This document shows positions 9,814 through 19,144 of a DNA stretch of 64,000 bases, piece after piece. The translations under genes and the position numbers were made by a program. The DNA is from Armatimonadota bacterium (GTDB lineage Bacteria; Armatimonadota; HRBIN16). Position 1 is the stretch's first letter. Each line of letters opens with the position of its first letter. The stretch is taken from NCBI GenBank assembly GCA_963677485.1, contig OY781964.1:2752001-2816000 (forward strand), read 5' to 3'. The notes below the pieces were generated by a model. It was not told the origin of the DNA. It searched no databases and worked only from the letters and a program-made list of their open reading frames with translations.

Positions 9814-11603
9814 GTATGCCCTCCTGATAAAACTGTGTCTATCATTTAGGCGGTCAGGGGCATCGAAACACGGCTAGAGTGGTATAGTCATGCCGAACAT
9901 GGGTGGCTCACACATGCCGAATGGGCTGGTATAGTGTAACCCGATTAGCGACATGTCGAAATGTTGTTTCATCGGTCGGGACCTCAACATCGTGTAACCA
10001 TGGCAGGTGTTCCCCATCGCCGCTCGTTCCCGCACGATACTGGCCAACGCGTGTTCCTACGACTGCTCCATCAGATGCAAGGACGGTCAGATTGGGTTGA
10101 GACTTGGCATATTCGACGGCACGTTCATGAGCATCCAGTGTTGAATACATCAAGGCAAAACACTGAGCCTTCAGGTTACCCCTTAAGCCGTCCAGTAGAA
10201 TCTCGTTGAAGTGATCATCAATAAAGGAATAGCCACATATAATTAGTCTTGGTGAACCGTGTGTACGCTGGTCTGAATGTCCTCGCCCAGATGATTCACC
10301 TCGGAAAAAAGCACGCAGCCTATCAAGCATGGCTAAATAAGGCATGCGGCGGCTCTGGTCATATTTCAAGTGTGATGGGTAGATCATCACTTTCTTCTGT
10401 GCTTCACGCGCCACACGCACAACACGTGTGGTAGTTTTACCATTTTTTATTTCCTCAATTTGTTCCCAGTTGATTGACCCATGGAGTTTCCAAAGCCGAG
10501 TCCATCGCAACGGTATGACGTCATGTTCTATGGAAGCGAGGTCAAACCACGGCTCTCGCGTTCCGACGAATCCATCGAAGTGCGGAAGCGACTGACGCTC
10601 AAACGCCTGCTCAAAGAGTAAATCGTAGTTCGGTGTGAATAATTCCACAGGGAAGCTACGCGCTACTCCGCCAATCCATGATGCAAAACGGGTATATGAG
10701 CAGCGATGACTCGGCAGTTCTTTTGACATCACGCCCTTGATTGAGGAGCATATTATATCATCCAAGCTGTTCAACGCATCCTTCGTCATATCCAGCACGT
10801 TGCTGTTTCTTTTTCTACTGGAAAGGATGCGGAGTTCAGTGAGTACATCCTCGACAGTAGGCACGGTAGCAATGGGGCAACTCTGGCCATGACATTCACC
10901 ACATGCTGGTGCTTCTCTACATCCTTTGCACTCCTTACAGATAGCATCCCAAGCTTTTCGATATTCTATCCCACTGCTGGCATTCGCATCTTCTTTATCG
11001 AGAGCTTCAATAACCTGCGTTGTGAGGTTCTTAATATCTGGTATCAGGTTAAGACTCTCAGTTCCATTATTGTCATACACACCAAGTGGACAACCAGCAC
11101 CCAAGAAGAATCCGATCTTCTGCTTGTTGTCCTCCAGTACTTGCCGGAGAGTGTCCACTTGCTGGCTGGCATTATGTATTTTTCCATACTTTTGATCTGT
11201 TTCGGTATTATTTTGCACTATGGACGGTACAACAGAAGAACCTGCCTGCGCTGAAATTTCGGTCATGGAATTACATCCCTCTTAGATACCAGCATTATAA
11301 GAAAAATCGCAACCATGTGTAAATTCTCACATAGAATAGCTTTGTATGAATTCCGCATTTTACTCGACTGGATGGTTATACATTCGATCATAGTCATCCT
11401 GATATCGACGCCACATACACATTACTCCTTTCCAAACACCGTTACAATCTGTCATCCAGATCGCCAATGAGGTCAACTCTCGGTCAAGGTCACCTGCAGC
11501 GACATATTCCCGTACGTGGTGTATCACTTGGACAACAAAGCAGGATTACCCGCCCAGCCTACTGAATATTAGACAGACCAAACCCCACCCAGGAGAAATA
11601 AGT

Positions 11604-13466
11604 ATGCTTAGCGATATTCAGTTTATCCCTCGCCCACGCGTCATCAACGACGTTCCTGAAAGCTTCATCGTGGCAGCGCATCACACCATAGGCAGTATGG
11701 ACGTCATCAACAACTACCCCAATCTGTTGAAACTGCAGCAGGTGATTAAAGAGGAGCTGGGCGTCACTGCCGAGATTGTGTGTGGCTGCGACTGCACATA
11801 CCAGCTCAGCATCGAGCCGACCCTTGGCAAGCAGGCCTATGAGCTGGCGATCAGCGCTGGGTGCGTCAGCATTGTAGGCGGATGTGAGGCGGGGCTGTAT
11901 TACGGCATCTGCACGCTGAAGCAGATCATCCGCGAGTCTGGCAATGAGCTCTGGTGCGGCAGCATCCAGGACCGCCCGGACTACCCAGTGCGCGGCCTGA
12001 TGCTGGACATCTCGCGCGACATGGTGCCCACCATGGACACGCTGAAGATGACAGTGGACATGCTGGCAGACCTCAAACTCAACCGTCTGGAGCTCTATGC
12101 GGAGCACACCTTCAAATACCGTAACCATCCGCAGGTTTGGAGCCTGGCCAGTCCGATCAGCGGAGAGCAGATCCTTGAGCTTCAAGCCTACTGCAAGCTG
12201 AGGCACATCGAGTTGGTGCCCAACCAGAACTGCTTCGGGCACATGCGCCGATGGTTGGATCATCCCGACTATCTGCACCTTGCAGAATCTCCTGAGGGCT
12301 TCGAGTGGCCCTGGGGAGGCAAAATGGAGGGTCCATTCTCGCTGAATTCGCAAGACCCTGAAGCCATCAAGCTGGTGGAGGGCATGTTCGACGAGATGCT
12401 GCCCTATTTTGAGAGCCCCAACGTGAATGTGGGCTGCGACGAGACCTTCGACCTTGGCGCCGGGGCCAGCAAAGAGGCTTGCGAGCGGCTGGGCAAGGGT
12501 CGGGTTTACCTGAATTTCCTTCTGGAAATTTACAAGGTCATGAAAAAGCATGGCAAGGTGATGAACTTCTGGGGTGACATCGTGCAAGAGCACCCCGAGC
12601 TGGTGCCGGAGCTGCCCAAGGACGTGATCGCGTTGGAATGGGGATATGACAAGGGCCATCCCTGGCAGGAGCGTCTGGCTAGGCTGCAGGAAGCTGGTCT
12701 GCCGATCTATGTCTGCCCGGGCACCTCAGCCTGGGGCACCATCGCCGGGCGCACCGATAACTGCATCGCCAACCTGAAGGAAGCCGCGGTTTATGGCCTG
12801 CAGTATGGCGCGATCGGGTATCTGAACACGGACTGGGGCGACTACGGTCATGTCAACAAAACGCCGGTATCCTACCTGGGATACGCCGTTGGCGCGGCTT
12901 ATAGCTGGACTGCGGAGCAGAGTGACCAGATCGACATCCCGGCCGCTCTCAGCAAGCAGGTGTTCAATGACCCCACCGGTCAGATGGGCACCGTGGCTTA
13001 TGAAATGGGCAACGCGCACCTGAAGCTAGGCAAAGTCGTGGGCAACTCCAGCGTGCTTTGGCAAGGCATCGTGCCCGGGCTCAGTGCGGAATCGTTGAAA
13101 GCAGATGACCGCGGCCCTGAGATCACGGTGGAGAAGATCGATGAGGCGATCGCAATGATTGAGGCGTTGCAGGCGCGCGTGCTGCGATCCGGCAGTAAGC
13201 GAGCGGATGCTCAGTTGCTGGTGGATGAGTGGTATAGCGTGGGCGAGATGCTGAAACACGGCTGTTACCGCTGGCGCGCTCTGGCTGAGGGTCGCTACGA
13301 AAACCAAGCCACGAAGAACAGGCTGTCGTCGCACCTTCGCACCGTGATCGGCGAGCACCAGCGGCTCTGGATGCAGCGTGCCGAGGTAGGCGGTCTGCGC
13401 GACAGCGTCAGCCGGCTGTGGAACCTGATGAACGAATACGGGATCAAAGAGCACCAGGGTATGTAG
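11604..13466 (+). CDS. Glycoside hydrolase family 20 (beta-N-acetylhexosaminidase-like)
   Basis: RGLMLDISRD, ELVPNQNCFGH, catalytic NVGCDET, and FWGDI. Confidence 0.9.
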   Translation: MLSDIQFIPRPRVINDVPESFIVAAHHTIGSMDVINNYPNLLKLQQVIKEELGVTAEIVCGCDCTYQLSIEPTLGKQAYELAISAGCVSIVGGCEAGLYYGICTLKQIIRESGNELWCGSIQDRPDYPVRGLMLDISRDMVPTMDTLKMTVDMLADLKLNRLELYAEHTFKYRNHPQVWSLASPISGEQILELQAYCKLRHIELVPNQNCFGHMRRWLDHPDYLHLAESPEGFEWPWGGKMEGPFSLNSQDPEAIKLVEGMFDEMLPYFESPNVNVGCDETFDLGAGASKEACERLGKGRVYLNFLLEIYKVMKKHGKVMNFWGDIVQEHPELVPELPKDVIALEWGYDKGHPWQERLARLQEAGLPIYVCPGTSAWGTIAGRTDNCIANLKEAAVYGLQYGAIGYLNTDWGDYGHVNKTPVSYLGYAVGAAYSWTAEQSDQIDIPAALSKQVFNDPTGQMGTVAYEMGNAHLKLGKVVGNSSVLWQGIVPGLSAESLKADDRGPEITVEKIDEAIAMIEALQARVLRSGSKRADAQLLVDEWYSVGEMLKHGCYRWRALAEGRYENQATKNRLSSHLRTVIGEHQRLWMQRAEVGGLRDSVSRLWNLMNEYGIKEHQGM

Positions 13467-13483
13467 CAGATCGGGTGTGGTTC

Positions 13484-13507
13484 GTAGGGGCGAACGGCCG
13501 TTCGCCC
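13484..13507 (+). repeat. GTAG-type REP hairpin
   Basis: GTAG-GGGCGAACGG-CCGTTCGCCC, between convergent genes. Confidence 0.65.
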
Positions 13508-13538
13508 TTAGATTCTAAAGCAACGAAGCCGAAAGCGG

Positions 13539-15161
13539 CTACGACTTGCTCTCGTGGTATTCCTTCTCCACATTCACATTCCACACATCATCGCGGTTTT
13601 GAATCTTGCCCGAAATGTAGTCCACCGCGACCATGGCGGTCAGCATAGAGTGGTCCTGGTTGTTATATCTGTGCTGCCCATTACGCCCCACCATGAAGAG
13701 GTTCTCAAACCGGCTAAGGTAACTCTTGACCTGGTCGAATTGCTCATAGCTGCCGAAATAGGCGGGATAGGCTTTCGGTACGCGGATCAGCACGGTCTTC
13801 AAGATATCATCAACATCAACCACGCCGATGGTCGCCAGCTCTTTGACGGCAAACGCGCAGAAGCTCTTATCATCCATCGACCAGAGCTCATCACCCTCGT
13901 TCGCAAAGTATTCCATACCAACCCAGGCTGTATTGCTATCCGCCACCATGTAGGGGCTCCAGTTGTTAAATATCTGAAGCCTGCCCACGCGCACATCGGG
14001 TTCCTGGATATATATCCAGTTGTCAGGCACAATATTGTTTACCGATGGGCGGTCGGTGTCATTGGTGAGCTTCAGCTTACGGGCCAGCACGCCCACGGTC
14101 ATGAAGTCGCGGTACTGCAGACCGGCGGCCACATCCGCTATCTCTTGCGGCACTTGAGTTTTGAGTGCTGGCAGCAGCTCCTTGATGGGCATACTGCTGA
14201 ATACGTAATCTCCCAATATCGTCTCAACCTCACCAGTTTCGGGGTTCAACACTTGAACTCCTGTGATGCGGTCGCCCTCTGTCGTCAGCCCTACTACCTT
14301 CGTGCCCATACGGATCTCGGCTCCTGCTTGAAGCAGATCAGCTGCCACCACTTCCCACAACTGCCCCGGGCCAAGTTTCGGGTACCAAAACCGCTCGATC
14401 AGACTGGTTTCGACCTTTGATTGGTCTGATTTGCTGGATTTTGGCAGGGCCGATTTGAGGGCGTGGAGAAGGGCTTTACTTAATGATAGCCCCTTAATAC
14501 GCTGCGCACCCCATGCCGCGGACAGCTTGTGGCAGGGGACACCCCAAACCTTCTCGGTGTAATCTCTGAAAAAAGTGCAGTAGAGCTCATACCCAAACTG
14601 GTTGACCAGGAAATCTTCCAACGATCGCACAGGCTTGCGCTTGGCAACTTTGGCCACAACATAACCCCAGCCTATCCGCATCACGCGAGTCAACCCCAGG
14701 TTCTTCAGGGTTTTGCCAGACAGGCTGATGGGGTAGTCAAAAAACTTGCGCAGGAACAGGATTCGCGAGAGGCGGCTCCTGTTGAGCATCACCCGATCCG
14801 TCGCTTCCGGGTCACGCTGTCTGCACTCGATGGCCTCAGACGAATCGAGGGGCAGCACGACGCACTTATCGACCAACTCGACATCACGATGTAGTATCTT
14901 GTCATCAGAGCTTGGTGCTGACTGCGGAGGCATGACGTTGAACCACCAGTCCATGACGCGCTGGGATTTTGAGAAAAACCGGTGCCCGCCGATGTCTATG
15001 CGGTTGCCTTCAAACTGATCGGTACGGGAAATCCCGCCGATTGACTGGCTGGCCTCGAATACTATAGGTTTCACATCAGTGTGGCGAAGCAGCTCGTATG
15101 CCGCCGTTAAGCCCGCAGGGCCAGCTCCTATGATCAATGCGGTTTTCTTCGATTCAGCCAC
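13539..15161 (-). CDS. NAD(P)/FAD-dependent oxidoreductase (protoporphyrinogen oxidase/Glf-like family often found near surface glycan genes)
   Basis: IIGAGPAGL Rossmann motif, [11 protein letters not shown], and [15 protein letters not shown]. Confidence 0.85.
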   Translation of the reverse strand: MAESKKTALIIGAGPAGLTAAYELLRHTDVKPIVFEASQSIGGISRTDQFEGNRIDIGGHRFFSKSQRVMDWWFNVMPPQSAPSSDDKILHRDVELVDKCVVLPLDSSEAIECRQRDPEATDRVMLNRSRLSRILFLRKFFDYPISLSGKTLKNLGLTRVMRIGWGYVVAKVAKRKPVRSLEDFLVNQFGYELYCTFFRDYTEKVWGVPCHKLSAAWGAQRIKGLSLSKALLHALKSALPKSSKSDQSKVETSLIERFWYPKLGPGQLWEVVAADLLQAGAEIRMGTKVVGLTTEGDRITGVQVLNPETGEVETILGDYVFSSMPIKELLPALKTQVPQEIADVAAGLQYRDFMTVGVLARKLKLTNDTDRPSVNNIVPDNWIYIQEPDVRVGRLQIFNNWSPYMVADSNTAWVGMEYFANEGDELWSMDDKSFCAFAVKELATIGVVDVDDILKTVLIRVPKAYPAYFGSYEQFDQVKSYLSRFENLFMVGRNGQHRYNNQDHSMLTAMVAVDYISGKIQNRDDVWNVNVEKEYHESKS

Positions 15162-15465
15162 TTGTCTCTACCTCTTTACTACACATCAGGTCTTAACTCA
15201 CTCGATTTCACGATGGCAATACAACAACGTTTTACATGTTCTGCCATGCAGTAGGTTAGAATCGCCTACTACATTCTTGCATAAAAACCAGACATATGGG
15301 AGCCGTTTGGATAGTAACTATTACCGTCACTTGATGCCGACGTTTTTACGATATGCTATAATACCCATATGACGGCGAAACTGCAGAATGTGGGTACTAT
15401 GGAATTTGATCTATTTAATCGAAATGGAGCAGGCCTGCGCAGATGAAAGATGATGGAGTGGCACG

Positions 15466-16734
15466 GTGAGAAAAACCAAATCTGAAAACACGGTTCCATA
15501 CAGCGTTCCATACGGACGATGGTTTTGGATACTGATCTGCTGCGCGTTGGTCGCCTGTCTAGCGACAGTATACCTTCATCGGATGGATACCCCGGACCGG
15601 CTTGCCAATGATGCGCTTGACTACCATAACCTGGCACTGCAGTTGATAAAAGATCACTCATATGGCAGCACCTACCGCGTGCCGGCATATCCTGCCCTGC
15701 TTGCATTGGTGTATGCGGTCACAGGACCAAACCTGCCCGCTGTTTACCTGATGCAGTCGCTGCTATTCGTGGCCTCTTTGGTGTTAGTCTATACTATCGC
15801 TTCTATGCTGGTTCGGAACGAAACCACATCGCTGATTGCTTTGGCGGTTTGTCTACTATATCCACCTTTTTGGCGTTCTCTAACCGATGTGCTCACCGAG
15901 CCTCTGGCCATGTTCCTTGTGACAGCCACAGTATGGCAGTTAATTCTATGTATTGAGAAGGTCAGTGTCCGTCGGTGTTTCGCAGTAGGTGTGCTACTGG
16001 CGATGACTACACTGTGCAAGGCCGTGACGATCCCATACATAATCATAGCGGCATACCTGGTGCTGAAGCCAAATGGAGTGAAGAAACTGAACTGGGCAGG
16101 GGCTTGTGTGCTTCTTGTCGCCGCGTCGGTATGTCTAGGTGCCTGGACGGTGCGAAACTACAGAGTGACGGGTGAAATCATCCCAGTGGCGACGGGTGGC
16201 GGGTTCAATTTTTGGCTGGGAAACTGGTCACCGTATTACCACCACGTATGGAAGTGGCAAAATTATCCACCCGAATTGGCCCGTCAGCTAGCGGGGAAGA
16301 CCGAAGTGGAGCAGGACAAGATATTCACACGGGTGGCGATAAACCAAATGACGAGAGAACCGCTGGCGGCTGCAGGGATGTTTGTTCAGAAGTTCTCCGA
16401 CCTGTGGCTTGCGGGGATCGGTAGAGACCCCGCATCGGTACCCACTCCTGTCAAGGCGATTGGCCGGTTTACTATCCCAAAACTGTCGTTCGTGTGCATC
16501 CCGTTGCTAATATTGGCTGTTATGGGATATCGACGGCTGTCACGTGAGGAACGGCGGCGTGCCCTGCCCGTGACCACGCTGATGCTGTGGTGGACAGCGG
16601 CGTATGTGCTGACTACCGTGGCCCCCGTGCGTTATGTTCTGCCGGTGATGGCATTCGAAGTTGTGCTGGCATCCGTTGCGATATCGGCTGGGGTGACAAG
16701 GCTCGCGATGAAACGCAAACGTGCCACCGCCTGA
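15466..16734 (+). CDS. GT-C membrane glycosyltransferase (GT39/ArnT-like)
   Basis: Multiple TM helices, with 'NDALDYHNLA', 'YRVPAYPALLA', 'LTEPLA', 'WTVRNY' and 'RYVLP'. Confidence 0.8.
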   Translation: MRKTKSENTVPYSVPYGRWFWILICCALVACLATVYLHRMDTPDRLANDALDYHNLALQLIKDHSYGSTYRVPAYPALLALVYAVTGPNLPAVYLMQSLLFVASLVLVYTIASMLVRNETTSLIALAVCLLYPPFWRSLTDVLTEPLAMFLVTATVWQLILCIEKVSVRRCFAVGVLLAMTTLCKAVTIPYIIIAAYLVLKPNGVKKLNWAGACVLLVAASVCLGAWTVRNYRVTGEIIPVATGGGFNFWLGNWSPYYHHVWKWQNYPPELARQLAGKTEVEQDKIFTRVAINQMTREPLAAAGMFVQKFSDLWLAGIGRDPASVPTPVKAIGRFTIPKLSFVCIPLLILAVMGYRRLSREERRRALPVTTLMLWWTAAYVLTTVAPVRYVLPVMAFEVVLASVAISAGVTRLAMKRKRATA

Positions 16735-16737
16735 GAG

Positions 16738-16965
16738 CAGTCTATTACCCACAAGTATCGCATAGCCAGTAGGTCACCCATTCCGCGACATAAATGTCTC
16801 GGCTATTGAACACCAAGACTGCTGAAGCAGTCTTCATTAACGTTATCTTTGTCGGCAAGGAGCTCCGCAGCCCGGTTTAGCGGGCTTGTTGATCAGTAGC
16901 CGAGACATTTATGTCGCGGTACATGGTCGATACGATCCCAATCTGGACTTGTGGATAATTGGCTG
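16738..16965. mobile_element. 228-bp MITE-like element carrying a REP doublet, copy 1
   Basis: Imperfect 17-bp TIRs CAGTCTATTACCCACAA / TTGTGGATAATTGGCTG. Flanked by GCCTGAGA direct repeats (16729-16736 and 16966-16973). Internal IR CCGCGACATAAATGTCTCGGCTA. Inverted near-identical copy at 47831-48058. Confidence 0.75.
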
Positions 16966-17009
16966 GCCTGAGATTGCGCACTTTAACCGTAATACCCGCA
17001 CTGGCCCAT

Positions 17010-17080
17010 GTAGGGGCGAGGTGACCTCGCCCCAGACGTGGTTGCATTCGCCCCAGGGCACGGCACGCCATGCCCCTACT
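17010..17080. repeat. Inverted GTAG-REP doublet
   Basis: GTAGGGGCGAGGTGACCTCGCCCC ... GGGCACGGCACGCCATGCCCCTAC. Confidence 0.65.
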
Positions 17081-19130
17081 CTACCTCAATCACAACGCCT
17101 TCCGGCTTGTTCGCGAAGTGCAGCGTGAGGGTGCGCGTGGCCTCATCGTAAACCCATTCCGCTCCGCTAACCCGCGACGGCCGCTTCGGCACGCGCAGCA
17201 GAGCAGCCCCCTGCGATTCGACAGGCCCTTCCACCCTGAGCGTCATCTTCCCACCGGAGAACTCCACGCCCTCGCACTTCCCGGCGCAGGCGATGAGCCC
17301 CGGCGACTTACTCGCCGCATTGAGGTCGACCAACAGCTTACGGTCGCCTGGCTTCAGCGTGATGCCATCCAGTATGGGAAGGCGGGCGTCGAACAGGTCC
17401 ACAAACCGACCCTTCAGTTGCAGGGAGGCGGGCCGGTCGACGTCGTCCAGAGCCGCCGCGACCACATACGGACCTCGGCGCAGCACGAAGGCCGGTTCTG
17501 CAGTCCATTTGCGGCGCATGAGGGAGAAGCCCTTCTGTGCCAACGCGATCAGCTCTGCGGCCCCTTTCGGGTCGGCTGCCAGTGCAGTGGGGTTCTTACG
17601 GCTGATGATCACATGCCCCTTGCCCACCGTTTTGATTGTTTCTTCGCAGCCAGCGGGCAGCCCAAGAAGCTCCAGTAGGTGGTCCATCGGGGTTGCATAG
17701 CTGTGCTCGCCGGTGTTCCACCACTCACGAACCTTGTTGGCGGGGTCGTTGCCGGCATCCACTATCAGCAGCGTGCCTCCAGCTTTCACCCACTCAACCA
17801 CAGGCGCATGCAACTCGGCTGCCGGGGGTTTCTGACCTTCGTAGCTCAGGCAGAGCAGTTTGAAGGGCTTCAGATAGTCCTTCAGCAGCACATTTTCCAA
17901 CTGCACCGGCTGCGCCGCCACTCCCGCTTTGATGAACGGGATCGCCTGACCGAAGAAGCAGCTCAGATGCGGGTCTCCAGTGAAGGGCTCGAACCGCTGG
18001 AACATCAGCGTATCGCTGACCAGCACCCCAACGCCCTGCATGCCGCTCTCCCATTTGAATTTGGGCTGCTTCATGTATCCCAGCGCATGGAACACGGTAA
18101 GTAACTCGGTTTCGTACTCTTTCGAGATGCGGCTTTCCGGCTGTCCCGCTTTGGCTGGGTACTTGAAGGTGAACGGTCGCTCCGGCCAGGGGCAGACCTC
18201 ATAATGGAATACCTCCGGCCATAACAGCGAGGCGACCAGCGTGTTCTCCCAGTGCATCTTGAAGTCCACCCAATCGCGGGCCTGGTCTTCCACAGGGTCG
18301 TTCAGGTAGATCATCCGGCGGCCGGTGCCTTTCACCAGATTGCTCAGCACCCCATACTCCAGGAAGGCGGTTTCAAAGGTGCGTTCTTTCAGCACACCGC
18401 GGTAGAGGTTGGGGGTGCGGGCGGTGCCGGTCCACACTTGGCCGATGTAGCCGTCGCAGCCTTCCAGTTGGGCCAGACTGTGCTCAGGGCTGACGATGCC
18501 CCACTGCGCATAGTTGATCATGCTGTGGGTGGGCACAAAGCAGCGCACATTCATGCCTTTGGTCTTGCCGTATTTCTGTGCTTCGCTGAACACCTGTTGC
18601 AGGGCACGGCGATACAGAAAGTATTTCAGCTTGCTGGCGCGGTATTGTGCTTCAGGAGAACTATACGGGGCCTGCCATGGCTCCTTGTAGTAACTCTGCC
18701 ACTCGCGCTTGAAGCTTTCGCTGTAGCCGGCCCGTACCCAGAACTCAGGCTCCTCAAGGAAGATCGTGTCGATGCCTTGATCGATCGCACGCTTCACACC
18801 ATCGGCCAGATAGAGGCCGTAGGTGATGGAAGGGGCCATGTAGGGTACGTCGACACCATGCCCGATGATCTCACCATTCCGTTCTCTCTGCGCTTCATCC
18901 CAATGGTTCTTACCATCCCACTGGCCATACAGATAGTCTTTGTACTCTCCCCAAGCCACTCCCGTCATCAGTTGGATGGTGTAGCCGGCTTTACGCCAGC
19001 CTTCCACTTTTTTAGGCAGATCGTTGTTGATGCCATAAACCATCGCGACGTCTGCCGGGATGTGCATCCGCGAGTCATAGTTGGCGCCTGTCTGGAAGCT
19101 TGTGAATTCTCTCTTTTTATTATCGGGCAT
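17076..19130 (-). CDS. Hypothetical glycoside hydrolase-like protein (TIM barrel plus class I GATase-like trimerisation domain)
   Basis: 684 aa with host-like codon usage. 'IFLEEPEFW' resembles a catalytic motif, and 'LCLSYEGQKPP...VEWVKAGGTLL' resembles a beta-galactosidase trimerisation domain. Confidence 0.6.
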   Translation of the reverse strand: MPDNKKREFTSFQTGANYDSRMHIPADVAMVYGINNDLPKKVEGWRKAGYTIQLMTGVAWGEYKDYLYGQWDGKNHWDEAQRERNGEIIGHGVDVPYMAPSITYGLYLADGVKRAIDQGIDTIFLEEPEFWVRAGYSESFKREWQSYYKEPWQAPYSSPEAQYRASKLKYFLYRRALQQVFSEAQKYGKTKGMNVRCFVPTHSMINYAQWGIVSPEHSLAQLEGCDGYIGQVWTGTARTPNLYRGVLKERTFETAFLEYGVLSNLVKGTGRRMIYLNDPVEDQARDWVDFKMHWENTLVASLLWPEVFHYEVCPWPERPFTFKYPAKAGQPESRISKEYETELLTVFHALGYMKQPKFKWESGMQGVGVLVSDTLMFQRFEPFTGDPHLSCFFGQAIPFIKAGVAAQPVQLENVLLKDYLKPFKLLCLSYEGQKPPAAELHAPVVEWVKAGGTLLIVDAGNDPANKVREWWNTGEHSYATPMDHLLELLGLPAGCEETIKTVGKGHVIISRKNPTALAADPKGAAELIALAQKGFSLMRRKWTAEPAFVLRRGPYVVAAALDDVDRPASLQLKGRFVDLFDARLPILDGITLKPGDRKLLVDLNAASKSPGLIACAGKCEGVEFSGGKMTLRVEGPVESQGAALLRVPKRPSRVSGAEWVYDEATRTLTLHFANKPEGVVIEVE

Positions 19131-19144
19131 GGTGTGCTCCTGAA

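Larger units (their letters stand above)
7391..9953 (-). mobile_element. IS21-family insertion sequence (2563 bp)
   Basis: TGTC...GACA ends. Subterminal inverted repeats CCACCCATGTTCGGCAT / ATGCCGAACATGGGTGG. 5-bp TSD TGTCG at 7386-7390 and 9954-9958. Contains istA and istB. Confidence 0.93.
7280..11266 (-). pseudogene. SIR2-family (SIR2_2) NADase effector, 3' end interrupted by IS21 (segments 11266-9954 and 7385-7280; 472 aa when rebuilt)
   Basis: Motifs FFLGAGC, FTPNYDLLFE, LWKLHGSINW and IICGYSF. Removing the IS restores ...ETTFR-QKQTMSRLGDFHYFGLFLEQLCGG...*, with the stop overlapping the herA start. Confidence 0.88.

Noticed and set aside
9908-11266. SIR2 as an intact 452-aa gene
   Set aside because: Its last 15 or so residues are read from the IS21 end. 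The native C-terminus lies at 7385-7280.
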